Source of the DNA: a virus
IMG/VR virus record: IMGVR_UViG_3300024352_000023
Location: 1 to 64,000 of that record
Direction: 5' to 3' (one strand)
DNA length: 64,000 nt
The notes under the pieces were generated by a model. It worked only from the letters and a program-made list of their open reading frames with translations, searched no databases and had not been told where the DNA came from. The translations under genes were made by a program, and so were the position numbers. Shown here in pieces: positions 27,453 to 37,429 of the stretch (position 1 is its first letter; every line of letters begins with the position of its first letter).

Positions 27453-28721
27453 TTAGACAGCAGCGAGTGCTGCACCTTGAGACTTCCCTTTCTTTTTAGC
27501 TTTCTTACCCTTCGGCTCCAGCGTCACTTCCGGCTTCGGTGGGTTGAGCACCTCCTGGAACACCCCATCAAATTGTGCGGCAACCGTATCCCAGTTGAAC
27601 TGCTCGTCCGTTGCGCGGATGTAGCACAGCTCAGCGACGGCATCCAGCTTGTCCCGATCTTCGTAAAGTTCGTTGAGAATCTCTGCAAGGTGTTCGGCGG
27701 AGGGGCAGGGCATCTCACGGGCAAAGTTGGTATCCACATCAACGTGGTCACAACGGATCAACTTGCCGTAGCCCTCGAAGATCTCCTTGCAAGAGGTGTG
27801 ATCAGGCACAACCTGTGCCACACGGCAGGCTGCGTGCTCAAAGTTGACCAGTCCCCAGCCTTCACCTTTACAGGTATTGACGCCCACATCGACTGCTTGG
27901 TAAATGGTCTCCAGCATCTCGACGGGTACGGACGGCGGACCAGCAGTGGGGGAGGTCATGATGATGCGACCGTTGGGATCGAGGCCACGTTTCTGCATCT
28001 CACGTGCGAAGACCTGCATCACATCCCAGCCTTGGTCCTTGGTACCCATATGCAGGTACAGCTGGGTATCAGGTTTGTCCTTGGCAAATTCAGCAAAGGC
28101 GTCGATGGTGATGTCGATCCGTTTGCGGAACTGGTTGCGGTTGCCATTGAAAACGATGAAGGTATCTTCTTTCAGGCCCAGCTTCTTACGTGCTTCGATC
28201 TTGTCACCAGGCTTGAATTGACCAGCCGTCACACCGTGGGGGATGACGTGGATGGCCTTCTGGATGCCACCTTTAATGAATTCGTGGGCACCAAATTCCG
28301 TATAGGAGACCACTGCGTCCCAGTGATTGGCGGTATCACCAAGAGAACCGATCCAACCGTAAGAGTCCATGGGCATGTAACCCACGAACTTGAAGCCCAT
28401 GCTCTTGTGGAGATCAGCGATCTGTGCGTACTGAGCGTTGATGATCCAGCAGTCATTGATTGTGAAGACCACATCCGGCCGTTCACGTTCAACGATCTCA
28501 CGGATGCGTTCTTCACCGAAGGGCGCCTGCCGGAACCGATTAGACGCCGGGTACATTTTGAATTGTTCCTGCATGGGATCGGGATCCCCATACCAGTTAC
28601 AACCCAAGACCACGATTTCGTATTGATCCTTGAGTCGTTCGATGACGTTATGGGTAACGCGGGCAAAACCCGTCATGGCAACAACGTCACCGACCCACAA
28701 AAGCTTCGGTTTTTTACTCAT
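27453..28721 (-). CDS. Glycosyltransferase, GT4/GT-B
   Basis: TGFARV, IPHGV, NRNQFRKR, GEGWGLVNFEHAAC...QVVP. Confidence 0.85.
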   Translation of the reverse strand: MSKKPKLLWVGDVVAMTGFARVTHNVIERLKDQYEIVVLGCNWYGDPDPMQEQFKMYPASNRFRQAPFGEERIREIVERERPDVVFTINDCWIINAQYAQIADLHKSMGFKFVGYMPMDSYGWIGSLGDTANHWDAVVSYTEFGAHEFIKGGIQKAIHVIPHGVTAGQFKPGDKIEARKKLGLKEDTFIVFNGNRNQFRKRIDITIDAFAEFAKDKPDTQLYLHMGTKDQGWDVMQVFAREMQKRGLDPNGRIIMTSPTAGPPSVPVEMLETIYQAVDVGVNTCKGEGWGLVNFEHAACRVAQVVPDHTSCKEIFEGYGKLIRCDHVDVDTNFAREMPCPSAEHLAEILNELYEDRDKLDAVAELCYIRATDEQFNWDTVAAQFDGVFQEVLNPPKPEVTLEPKGKKAKKKGKSQGAALAAV

Positions 28722-28744
28722 TAAATCGAGATATTCTCGATTAA

Positions 28745-29104
28745 CTATACACAAACTGACGGAGTAATAGAACGTGTTAATTCCCGCTCTTCAGATGTTT
28801 TGGCTTTGAGCTTATGTTTTAAAAACTCAGCTGCCTTATGGGTATTTGTTGTGTCCCCGCAGGTATAGAGGTCGACGGCGGCGTATCCAATCTCCGGCCA
28901 GGTATGGATGGAGGCATGGGATTCGGCCAGCAGTGCCAGAAGCGTCACCCCTTGGGGCTGAAACTTCTCCCCAAAGATCCGAAGAATCGTTGCGTTTGAC
29001 ATACGCAGTGCAGTCTCCAACATTTCGGAGAGGTAGTCGTAGTCATCCAGGACTTCTGCACTGCAGTCATACAGATCCAGGATCAGGTGCCGCCCATTAG
29101 ACAT
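28745..29104 (-). CDS. speD: S-adenosylmethionine decarboxylase proenzyme
   Basis: GRHLILDLY.C, FQPQGVT, LAESHASIHTWPE, VDLYTCG. Confidence 0.9.
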   Translation of the reverse strand: MSNGRHLILDLYDCSAEVLDDYDYLSEMLETALRMSNATILRIFGEKFQPQGVTLLALLAESHASIHTWPEIGYAAVDLYTCGDTTNTHKAAEFLKHKLKAKTSEERELTRSITPSVCV

Positions 29105-31745
29105 CTTGAATTTCTAGTTCATCCTCCATTTTCGCATTAGGGTCCACATCCAGTGACATCCCATAAAACTCTTTGTACTTTTCCTTATCGGACGCCACCT
29201 CTACGACGGACGGCCAACCTTCGTACTTCTCACTGGACTCACGTACTACCAGGTTGACGATCCGCATGCCCTTGGTATTACGCAGGGGGTAGGCATTGAT
29301 CTTCAGCTGGTGCTTACAGATGTCGAGGAGTAGAGGTTCAAAGCGGTTACGCGACATGATGCCGACGTTGCACTGACGGCAGAACTCCGCATAGCTTGCG
29401 TACAGCCAGGTGTCCTTATTGGCGTAGATATTGGAGGCACCCATCGGTGCGTTCTTCGTGAAGCCAATGGCTGAGGTCACACCTGGGTCAAATACCACCT
29501 TGTGATCCAGCCAGTCGAGCAGTGGGTTGGAACGCAGAGTTTGAGTACGCTCGTACTTCTGGAAGAACTTCACCTTCTTGGAAGTCTCCATCAGGTATTC
29601 ACGCATCTCATCTTCCGACATATCCAGCAGCCAGTTCACCAGACCAGGCAGCAGCGGAGAGAAGACACCTTGCGGTTCACCCTTGGAATTGAACTTGATC
29701 AGTTCCTTCTGTTCATTCGGTGCGCCGGTGAACGGACGGTCGAACGGAATGGTGAGACGACGACGGGCAAGACCAGAGGTGTAGTCGGTGGACTGAATCG
29801 CTTCGTTGGCGGTGATCATCACCATCCCGTGGTATTGGAATGGGTCCAGTGCTTCGCCTTGATACTTGCGCTCACTACGAATCCAGTCGTTACCGGTGAT
29901 GGCTTTCAGACGGGATACGGAACCACCCCAACGGTCAGCATCCTGGAACAGCAGAAGCTTTTTACCCATGTAGGCCGCTGCTTCAAAGCGGTTCTTCTCC
30001 AGGTTTTCAAAGTCTGTAGAGTAGGTGTTGCTCTTACCGACCAGTGCTACTGCCAGGTTTGCGTAGGTGGATTTACCGGATTTACCAGGACCGACAATCT
30101 CCACAAACTTCTGGATCTCATAGCGCCCGAGTAGTGTTGCCCGCAGCCATGCACGCAATACCTGAGTGCGTTCCCAGCTGTCGTGTTGCGTGTGCTTGAG
30201 CCACTTCACAATGTCTTCACAGGTTGCCGCAGGGTTGTAGGCGTACGGCATTTGCTGCAGCATGTGCAGTTCCCGGTTGAAGGGAAGCAGCTCCCTGCTT
30301 TCAATATTCAGCACACCATTGGTGAATAGCAGAAGTTCAGTGCCGTCATACCAATCCTCAAAGGCAAGTACTGATTGCAGCTGTGTGTAGACATCGTTCA
30401 TCAAGTTGCTTGTGAAGCCACTTGGCAGGAAGTCACCCAGCATTTGCAACCGGTGACGGATGTCACCTAATGCTTCGACCTTGGTGAGGGGAGACCAAAG
30501 ACCTTGCGATTCTTTGGCATACATAAAGAATTGACCATGCGGCTGACTGAACAGCAGGTTCCCCCTATACTCCTGCAACAAGACATCCGTGATCTCACCA
30601 GATGAAGGGTTACGCGTACGTTGGTCTTTTCCTTCTTTCTTGTTTCGCCGGGACTCCCGTTGCAGCGAAGGAGTTTGCAGAGGAGCGGACGCTACAACTT
30701 CTTCAGCAACTTCAAGGGGCATGGCAAGATCCTGCTCTAATTCAGCCAGTAATTTCGAAACGTGTTCAAGTGTCTCATCATCAACATTCATCGCACGGGA
30801 GTTGTCAGGAGGAGGATTCCAGCCATTCTCTTTAGCGATATGAATCAGGGAGCCAAGGCCCCGGCCACCACCTTTTGAAAAGGAACGCCAACGCCTGTGG
30901 CACTCACCCTCGCGATACTTTTCGGAGTGCTTGGACCACTCATCCCATACGTCAAGGAGAGATTCATCGAGTTGATGGAGGGTCTGACCAACGGTGATCC
31001 AGATGTCGTAATCATCTGCGGCACCTGGGTTCTTTTCCAGTAATCCCCAGGTTGCTTCCGTTGCCAGCTGGATGTCCCGCTCCAGCGACACTTCCGAGTT
31101 GATCGCAAAACCAGGACCAATGACCCTGGTGCGCTCTTTAGCAGGAGTACCTTGTCTGACGTTTTTATTGATGATGGCGTTCAGTAGCCAGTCCGGAAAT
31201 TCCGGCAGCTCTTCTGCCCACTCAAAACCTTGGTTTTCTGCAGTGAAGTAGCCATCGGTTTCAGGGTGCAGCCCCATCAGCACACCCTGATGCTTCTTCC
31301 AGAGGATCTCTAGTTTTTCTTTGTCTTCTTCTGCGTGCCAAGTGTACTTGTTACGGGCAAAGTGCTTGTGCTTTTCCCTGCTTAATTTGTAGAGCTTCCG
31401 TTCACGGCCAATCTTGCCGCTGAGGATGGTCAGGGTATCGGGCAGTGCTTCTTTGAGGGGAAGATCAGAAATTTCCTCAATCAGTTTGTAGACACTTGGG
31501 CCATCAACATCGACCCATACCAATCCATAGGGATGGTTGTAGACAGGGCCACCGAGCAGACCGATGGCACGGCACTCGCCACTGACAATTTCTTCTTCAA
31601 TATCACGGACGCTGAACGGTTTATTTTGCCAGCCTTGAACGTAAGGATCTTTCTTGGCACCTAATGGCGTGAGCGGCCAATCAATAGGGATATAGCTCAG
31701 GTTGATTTCGCCTGGCTTCAGTGCTTGCTCGTTCTGATTTGTCAT
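29097..31745 (-). CDS. Primase-polymerase / PriCT-2 / D5-like SF3 helicase
   Basis: N-terminal Prim-Pol (WVDVDG), YDIWITVG..L..WDEWS (PriCT-2), Walker A GPGKSGKST, RRRLTIPF. Confidence 0.88.
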   Translation of the reverse strand: MTNQNEQALKPGEINLSYIPIDWPLTPLGAKKDPYVQGWQNKPFSVRDIEEEIVSGECRAIGLLGGPVYNHPYGLVWVDVDGPSVYKLIEEISDLPLKEALPDTLTILSGKIGRERKLYKLSREKHKHFARNKYTWHAEEDKEKLEILWKKHQGVLMGLHPETDGYFTAENQGFEWAEELPEFPDWLLNAIINKNVRQGTPAKERTRVIGPGFAINSEVSLERDIQLATEATWGLLEKNPGAADDYDIWITVGQTLHQLDESLLDVWDEWSKHSEKYREGECHRRWRSFSKGGGRGLGSLIHIAKENGWNPPPDNSRAMNVDDETLEHVSKLLAELEQDLAMPLEVAEEVVASAPLQTPSLQRESRRNKKEGKDQRTRNPSSGEITDVLLQEYRGNLLFSQPHGQFFMYAKESQGLWSPLTKVEALGDIRHRLQMLGDFLPSGFTSNLMNDVYTQLQSVLAFEDWYDGTELLLFTNGVLNIESRELLPFNRELHMLQQMPYAYNPAATCEDIVKWLKHTQHDSWERTQVLRAWLRATLLGRYEIQKFVEIVGPGKSGKSTYANLAVALVGKSNTYSTDFENLEKNRFEAAAYMGKKLLLFQDADRWGGSVSRLKAITGNDWIRSERKYQGEALDPFQYHGMVMITANEAIQSTDYTSGLARRRLTIPFDRPFTGAPNEQKELIKFNSKGEPQGVFSPLLPGLVNWLLDMSEDEMREYLMETSKKVKFFQKYERTQTLRSNPLLDWLDHKVVFDPGVTSAIGFTKNAPMGASNIYANKDTWLYASYAEFCRQCNVGIMSRNRFEPLLLDICKHQLKINAYPLRNTKGMRIVNLVVRESSEKYEGWPSVVEVASDKEKYKEFYGMSLDVDPNAKMEDELEIQDV

Positions 31746-31927
31746 GCCTTACTTTTTTCCTCAACCTCTACTTTAAAGATTCGTTCCGGGAAGGAGCTAT
31801 CTTTTACCAGCTGAAATGCATGCAGATGCATAAGAGTGGGCAGATAAAAACAGTCCCCATCCGTCGCACTCATCATGCGACTCATGAGACTATTTATCCA
31901 CTCACCCGAATGAACGTTGATGTCCAT
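31742..31927 (-). CDS. Small hypothetical protein
   Basis: 61 aa, ATGA-coupled to the primase gene. Confidence 0.45.
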   Translation of the reverse strand: MDINVHSGEWINSLMSRMMSATDGDCFYLPTLMHLHAFQLVKDSSFPERIFKVEVEEKSKA

Positions 31928-32141
31928 GGGTGGGGGCTGGATTTGGGTGTTTTCTTATCCTACGGCCGCCAATCCGAGAGGACCATTACGCCTTTCGATA
32001 GATCAGTGAGTCTTATGCGACTCATTTAATGCGGGAATGGGATCAATTTCCTGGAACTTCCGCATCAATCTTTCGTACACCTGCAGGGCATCTTCCTTTG
32101 TAACAACAGCTGTCTCACATGCGACTTGCCATGCGTGACGT

Positions 32142-32426
32142 TCACGGCTCTCCATCTTTCCGTTCGGGTTCCAGGCCATCAGTGTACCAAGGGGCAGTCA
32201 ACCGCATTTCACCGCCGAGCTTTTGAGACTCACCAGTTTGCAGCTTTGGATCAACTGGATATTCTCTGTAGATCGGTTTGTTTTGTTCTTCCCGTTCTAA
32301 CTCAGATTGAATCCGGTTTTCAAATTCAATCATATCAAGCCTGGCCTTCAGCTTTGCTTCAAACCAAACTTTCTTCCACCACTTGATTACGGCATCAATA
32401 ATGTCTGCGAATAGGGTCCGAATCAT
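32142..32426 (-). CDS. Hypothetical protein
   Basis: 94-aa ATG ORF. Confidence 0.45.
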   Translation of the reverse strand: MIRTLFADIIDAVIKWWKKVWFEAKLKARLDMIEFENRIQSELEREEQNKPIYREYPVDPKLQTGESQKLGGEMRLTAPWYTDGLEPERKDGEP

Positions 32427-32642
32427 TTTGTTATAATGAATTTACATATAACTATAGACATGCAGGATTATTCCCTCGACCGTTTCAGCCAGCTGCTTGG
32501 CAACCTCAAGGCTCAAAAAGAAAACGAAAAGCAAGAGGGCGACGAGCGTGCAATTCGTTTCAACGAAGCAGCCGCCGATAGCGATGACGGCATGATGGAA
32601 TAATACAGGTTTTGATATAATCAACTGATAGATTTTAGAGCA

Positions 32643-32957
32643 ATGCGAGACACACGTACTGGCGCCGCCCGTAAAGGAACTCCTAAGGGTGCCGCTGTTG
32701 ATCGAACTGGTAAAGGAGGGATGCCTACCCCCAAAGGTGGTAGTAGCTCTGAACCAAAGCCTGCACCTAAAGGCCAACCGATTGCCCCCCGTGGCACTAG
32801 CACAAAAACCCCAGCTGTAAAAGCAAAAGTAGAGCGAGCAAAAGCAGAACTTCGCGAAAAAGAAAAGCGTCAAAAGGAAGCAGAAGCTCGTCGTGCGAAG
32901 AATAAGAGTGAAGCACCAAAACTTGCTGGCCGCTACCGAAATTTAGCCGGCGGTTAA
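32643..32957 (+). CDS. Basic Lys/Ala/Pro-rich protein
   Basis: TATAAT upstream; strongly basic composition. Confidence 0.5.
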   Translation: MRDTRTGAARKGTPKGAAVDRTGKGGMPTPKGGSSSEPKPAPKGQPIAPRGTSTKTPAVKAKVERAKAELREKEKRQKEAEARRAKNKSEAPKLAGRYRNLAGG

Positions 32958-33808
32958 ATTAGATCTGGATCGTACACATTGCAGTTTTCAATCTGCTTGT
33001 AGTATTCATCTACGATCTTGAGCCAATCCTCCCGGAGCATGTTGAGAAAGTTTCGGGAGATCTTGAAGACCTGGGTACGAGCTGGTGTTGAGACCAGGAT
33101 TGCTGCCTGCTGCACCTTCATGCCCAGGGTCTGTTCAATTGCAATGTCGTAGGCCGCAAGTTGCTTGCAGGTCTTCTTGAATTTCATGTGACCACCGAGC
33201 AGATCCCTCCACTCCTGGGACCCCTTCTCCAGATCTTTCGGCCACTTACGGCTGTAGGGTTTAACGCTGGTCTTTAAGTCCGCGAGCGTCAGCTTGTTAT
33301 TAGCCACAGCGATAATGTCAGGAGCACCAGCCCAAGCCCTGCCTTCGTCATCGCAACCCCAGACACGAGCGACATCATCAGCACCAATAGTGAAATCAAA
33401 CTTATCGAGTACAGGAGACTCAGCCCAAAGGACTTCCTGGAACTGATCCAGAATTGATGGCATACCTGCCCAAAAGTCTGCGTATTCCTCCTTGATTTCC
33501 GGGCTTTTATTCCCTTTGAGGTACTGCTCCATACCATAGTGAATGGCAGTGCCCCGCTCGGCTGCTTGTTCTTTAACACCTGGATTTGCTTTCGACCACA
33601 TTTCGAGCTTCCGTTTGTTTGCTTCGGAAGCTGTTTCGCTGATAATCGTAGTTACGGACGGCGCAGGTCCAGTGGGTAACGGAGTTGTATAGTGACGTTT
33701 TCCGTTAAGCGTAATTCTGGCTGCGGTCCTATTAAGGTCCCGCATCATCTCTGGTTGCTTATCCTTGGACTCAATCCAAGGATCACCTTGATTTATGTTA
33801 GCAACCAT
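32954..33808 (-). CDS. PD-(D/E)xK exonuclease
   Basis: PSVTTI, AAERGTAIH, WAGAPD...ADLKTS, QLAAY. Confidence 0.8.
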   Translation of the reverse strand: MVANINQGDPWIESKDKQPEMMRDLNRTAARITLNGKRHYTTPLPTGPAPSVTTIISETASEANKRKLEMWSKANPGVKEQAAERGTAIHYGMEQYLKGNKSPEIKEEYADFWAGMPSILDQFQEVLWAESPVLDKFDFTIGADDVARVWGCDDEGRAWAGAPDIIAVANNKLTLADLKTSVKPYSRKWPKDLEKGSQEWRDLLGGHMKFKKTCKQLAAYDIAIEQTLGMKVQQAAILVSTPARTQVFKISRNFLNMLREDWLKIVDEYYKQIENCNVYDPDLI

Positions 33809-33860
33809 TGATGGTTTTGTATATTGCTGTTAGCTTAACGCATAAGTCAAGGCTTAGAAG

Positions 33861-33965
33861 ATGGACGATTTTAACTATGCAATTGCCGCGATCCTTGGGG
33901 CAATGCTTGTTGTCGTTAGCATGGATGCCTTCATTTTCTTCACTGAGGTTGCTGCCCGGCGATGA
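33861..33965 (+). CDS. 34-aa single-TM peptide
   Basis: MDDFNYAIAAILGAMLVVVSMDAFIFFTEVAARR*, ATGA-coupled to hli. Confidence 0.4.
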   Translation: MDDFNYAIAAILGAMLVVVSMDAFIFFTEVAARR

Positions 33966-34213
33966 ATAAGTTTTGGTATGGAGTGAAGGGGTACGTCTCC
34001 TGTTTTGGCTGGATCTTTGGTGCGGTTCTCCAATACATCTGGGAGGAATGTCCCGACCTTAAGTTCTGGGAATGGCACGAGAATTTAGGTGATCATATCT
34101 GGTATGCAGAACGGGTGAATGGCCGTGTGGCAATGCTTGCTCTGTCTATTGTGCTGATCTTAGAATTAGTCTCACACGAATCTATTTGGGACTTAGTTTT
34201 ATGCGCAACTTAA
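33962..34213 (+). CDS. hli: High-light-inducible protein (HLIP)
   Basis: AERVNGRVAML chlorophyll-binding motif plus a TM helix. Confidence 0.8.
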   Translation: MNKFWYGVKGYVSCFGWIFGAVLQYIWEECPDLKFWEWHENLGDHIWYAERVNGRVAMLALSIVLILELVSHESIWDLVLCAT

Positions 34214-34355
34214 CTCGTTTCTATTACGACTTCGACGAGGACTGCCGCACTGGTTGCTTCAACAACCTTGCCTACGAAGACATCGAAACGATAGATGCGG
34301 ACGAATTTGAAGCTAAGCTGCGGGAACAAGACGTTCCGTACACACGCATCGACTT

Positions 34356-35204
34356 ATGAAGGACTCCAAGATTGTGGCTGTGCTTTCGCTCTGGCGCGAT
34401 AGTGAAGGCTACATCGATAGGTCCCTCAAGCAATTCGAAGCAATGGAAGAGGTCCTGCGTAAGGAGAACACCCGTTGCGTCTACAGCTTTTTTGAGAACG
34501 ATTCCACTGATGAAACGCCTTATATCCTGATGGATTGGCTGCGTAATCGTAAAGGAATCCTGTTGGCTGAGAATATTGATGCACCTAAGTGGGGCAGCGT
34601 CTCCTCTATTGAACGCGTCCAGTATCAAGCTCGGTACCGGAACATGGCCTTGGCACCACTCGACACTTACTACAACTTTGATTACCTACTGGTTGCCGAC
34701 AGTGACGTGCACTGGGAACCGGAGCTGATCACAGGAATGATCAAAGCCCTGGATGACAACCCCACATGGGGTATGGTCTCACCCAACACCACACAAAACG
34801 TACGTGATTACGTTGAGGATACCGACCGCCCCTCTTATTTTGACAGCTGGTCCCTCAAGGATCGAGACGACAAACAGTGTTTGACGTTTGCCGCCAACCC
34901 CTTCTTACATACAGAAGATCGCATGCGCTGGGACCAGTGCGAACCGGTGAGTTGCAATAGTGCTTTTGGTTCCATTGCCATGGTGAAAGCTGAAGCAATG
35001 GATTCAGAAGATGGCGTTGAGTGGGCAGTGGTTGATGGTGTGGAGCACTGGGAATTTTGCGCTGGCATCCGCAGCAATGGCTATGAAGTAATTGCAGATC
35101 CCAGGTTGCATGCCGAGGTTATCCACAAAAAAGAGGTGGTTCCCCACCCCGATATTGTAAAGTTTCACCAAGGCCGCCTTCAAGAGGCGTTGCTGATGTC
35201 GTAG
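34356..35204 (+). CDS. Glycosyltransferase-like protein (GT-A)
   Basis: ENDSTD.T, ARYRN.AL, LLVADSDV (DxD), YFDSW, SAFG. Confidence 0.65.
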   Translation: MKDSKIVAVLSLWRDSEGYIDRSLKQFEAMEEVLRKENTRCVYSFFENDSTDETPYILMDWLRNRKGILLAENIDAPKWGSVSSIERVQYQARYRNMALAPLDTYYNFDYLLVADSDVHWEPELITGMIKALDDNPTWGMVSPNTTQNVRDYVEDTDRPSYFDSWSLKDRDDKQCLTFAANPFLHTEDRMRWDQCEPVSCNSAFGSIAMVKAEAMDSEDGVEWAVVDGVEHWEFCAGIRSNGYEVIADPRLHAEVIHKKEVVPHPDIVKFHQGRLQEALLMS

Positions 35205-36205
35205 GCAACCATTTCTTCCACCAGTTTCTCAAGGGTGGAATTGAGTTTCCACCCCAGCTTCTTCTGTGCATAACTGGAGTCGCCCAAGAGGGAATCAACT
35301 TCTGCGGGACGGTAATACTCAGGGTTGATACGGATCACAACCTGATCGAGCTTGGGGCAGTAACCGACTTCATCCAGTCCTTCTCCTTCCCACCTGATGG
35401 GTAGACCGGCCTGCTCAAATGCCATCTCACAGAAGGTACGCACGCTGGTCTGTTGACCTGTTGCGATTACGTAGTCGTCCGGCTCATTTTGCTGGAGCAT
35501 GAGATACATCGCTTCCACGTAGTCACGAGCATGACCCCAGTCTCGTTTTGCGTCCAGGTTACCAAGCTCCACAAATTCCTGGCGCCCTTTCCAGATCTGA
35601 CCGACAGCTTTGGTGATTTTACGGGTGACGAACTCCTCTCCACGCAGCGGTGATTCATGGTTGAAGAGGATGCCGTTGCAACCGAAGAGGTCGTAGCTCT
35701 CCCGGTAGTTGATCGTCAGCCAGTACCCAAAGAGTTTGGCGACACCATACGGGCTACGTGGGTAGAAGGGCGTCGACTCCACCTGGGGCACCTGCTGCAC
35801 TTTCCCGAACATCTCGGAAGTTGCGGCCTGATAAAACTTTGGTTTGGCATTGGCATTACGGCAAGCCTCCAAAATATTCAGCACCCCAATTGCGTTCGTA
35901 TACGAGGTGCTACCTGGCGACTTAAAACTGACACCAACGTGGCTTTGGGCAGCGAGATTGTACACCTCATCTGGTGCGAAGGCATCAACGGCCCTATGCA
36001 CTGAGGTGGCATCCGTCATATCGGAGTATTCAAATTTGACGGTAGGGGGGATGTGGCCATGAAAGATCCACTTGAGTTTGTCTTTATTCCCTGGATTGGC
36101 ATTGTTTCGAACGAGGCCCAGCACTTCGTATCCTTTTGACACGAGACTATGGGTGAGATAGGCACCATCTTGTCCCGTAATTCCCGTGATCAGTGCTTTT
36201 TTCAT
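35180..36205 (-). CDS. gmd: GDP-mannose 4,6-dehydratase
   Basis: ALITGITGQDGAYL, NLAAQSHV, PRSPYGVAK, LFNHESP.RG..FVTRKI. Confidence 0.95.
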   Translation of the reverse strand: MKKALITGITGQDGAYLTHSLVSKGYEVLGLVRNNANPGNKDKLKWIFHGHIPPTVKFEYSDMTDATSVHRAVDAFAPDEVYNLAAQSHVGVSFKSPGSTSYTNAIGVLNILEACRNANAKPKFYQAATSEMFGKVQQVPQVESTPFYPRSPYGVAKLFGYWLTINYRESYDLFGCNGILFNHESPLRGEEFVTRKITKAVGQIWKGRQEFVELGNLDAKRDWGHARDYVEAMYLMLQQNEPDDYVIATGQQTSVRTFCEMAFEQAGLPIRWEGEGLDEVGYCPKLDQVVIRINPEYYRPAEVDSLLGDSSYAQKKLGWKLNSTLEKLVEEMVAYDISNAS

Positions 36206-36256
36206 CGAAACTTTTGTCTATACTCATAACTATAACCAAGATGTAAAGCGGTAGAA

Positions 36257-37429
36257 ATGGCTCAATTTGATTGGCCCCTCCAGAAAAACACCATTGGGGT
36301 GCAGGAGAAATTTGAGCTGACCAAATTCATCTTGACCAGTGACCGTTTTACCAACGGTCCCAAGTGTCGTGAGTTTGAAAACGAGTGGTCCTCCTGGCAG
36401 AAACGCCAGTTCTCTTTGTTTGTCAGCAGCGGTACCACTGCTAATACGTTGCTGCTGGACGCCGTACGTGAGTTGTATTTTGGCAAGCATGCCAAGTTAA
36501 AGATCTTCTGCCCTGCCGTGAACTGGGCTACGAACATCTCGACGTTCAAGCAGCAGGGCCACGAGATGTTCTTCTATGACATTGACTACGAAGCCTATTC
36601 GCCGTGCTTTGAATCTTTAAAGAGATTTAAGGAATTGGACATTGAGCCTGATGTGATCTATGTGACGCACATCATGGGGTTTGCCAATGACCTGCGGCAG
36701 ATCAAAGAGTACTGGCCCGACGCAATCTTGCTGGAGGATTGCTGCGAATCCCATGGTGCCCTGGATCTTGACGACGAAAAAGTCGGCAATGCAGGCCTGG
36801 GCTCAACTTTCTCGTTTTACTTTGGGCATCACATGACCACCATTGAAGGCGGCATGGTCTGCACCGATAACGAGGAGCTGTACAACCTGATGCGTGCCAA
36901 GCGTTCTCACGGTATGTCTCGTGAGATGTACGGCTCGTACCGTCTGGCAGAAGAAGCCGCTGCCCCTGATATTGACCCGGCCTTCCTGTTCCCCACCGAA
37001 GGATATAACTTCCGCAATAACGAGTTGGGCGCAGTGATTGGCCTGGTGCAACTAAAGAAACTCGATAAGTTTGTCAGCAAACGCCAACAAAACTACTTTC
37101 AGTTCTACATGCACATGATGGATCACCCCTGGATCAAGCACTTACCCAACCCGTTTGGTAACAGTGCCATGACCTTCCCGTTCCATTGTGTATCATCTGA
37201 GACACGCAATTACCTGATCAAGCATCTGCGAGCGATTGGCGTGGAGACACGTCCCTTCCTGGTCGGCAACCTACTCCGTCAGCCTTTCATGAGGGATTAC
37301 AAGAAAAGTCCGTATTTGCCCAACAGCGAGGAGATTCACGACCACGCCTTCTATATTGGCAATAACCATTTCATTACAGAGCGCCAGATCAAAGCCCTGG
37401 CCAAGGAGTTGCACTCATGCGCTGCCTGA
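36257..37429 (+). CDS. DegT-family PLP enzyme, ColD/RfbH-like 3-dehydratase
   Basis: EDCCESHG and SFYFGHHMTTIEGG; His replaces the Schiff-base Lys, as in ColD/E1. Confidence 0.8.
   Translation: MAQFDWPLQKNTIGVQEKFELTKFILTSDRFTNGPKCREFENEWSSWQKRQFSLFVSSGTTANTLLLDAVRELYFGKHAKLKIFCPAVNWATNISTFKQQGHEMFFYDIDYEAYSPCFESLKRFKELDIEPDVIYVTHIMGFANDLRQIKEYWPDAILLEDCCESHGALDLDDEKVGNAGLGSTFSFYFGHHMTTIEGGMVCTDNEELYNLMRAKRSHGMSREMYGSYRLAEEAAAPDIDPAFLFPTEGYNFRNNELGAVIGLVQLKKLDKFVSKRQQNYFQFYMHMMDHPWIKHLPNPFGNSAMTFPFHCVSSETRNYLIKHLRAIGVETRPFLVGNLLRQPFMRDYKKSPYLPNSEEIHDHAFYIGNNHFITERQIKALAKELHSCAA

Noticed and set aside
27477-28724. 415-aa + strand ORF and other long antisense ORFs (159-929, 29502-30134, 49554-50309)
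   Set aside because: These are shadow frames of well-supported genes on the opposite strand, explained by codon bias.
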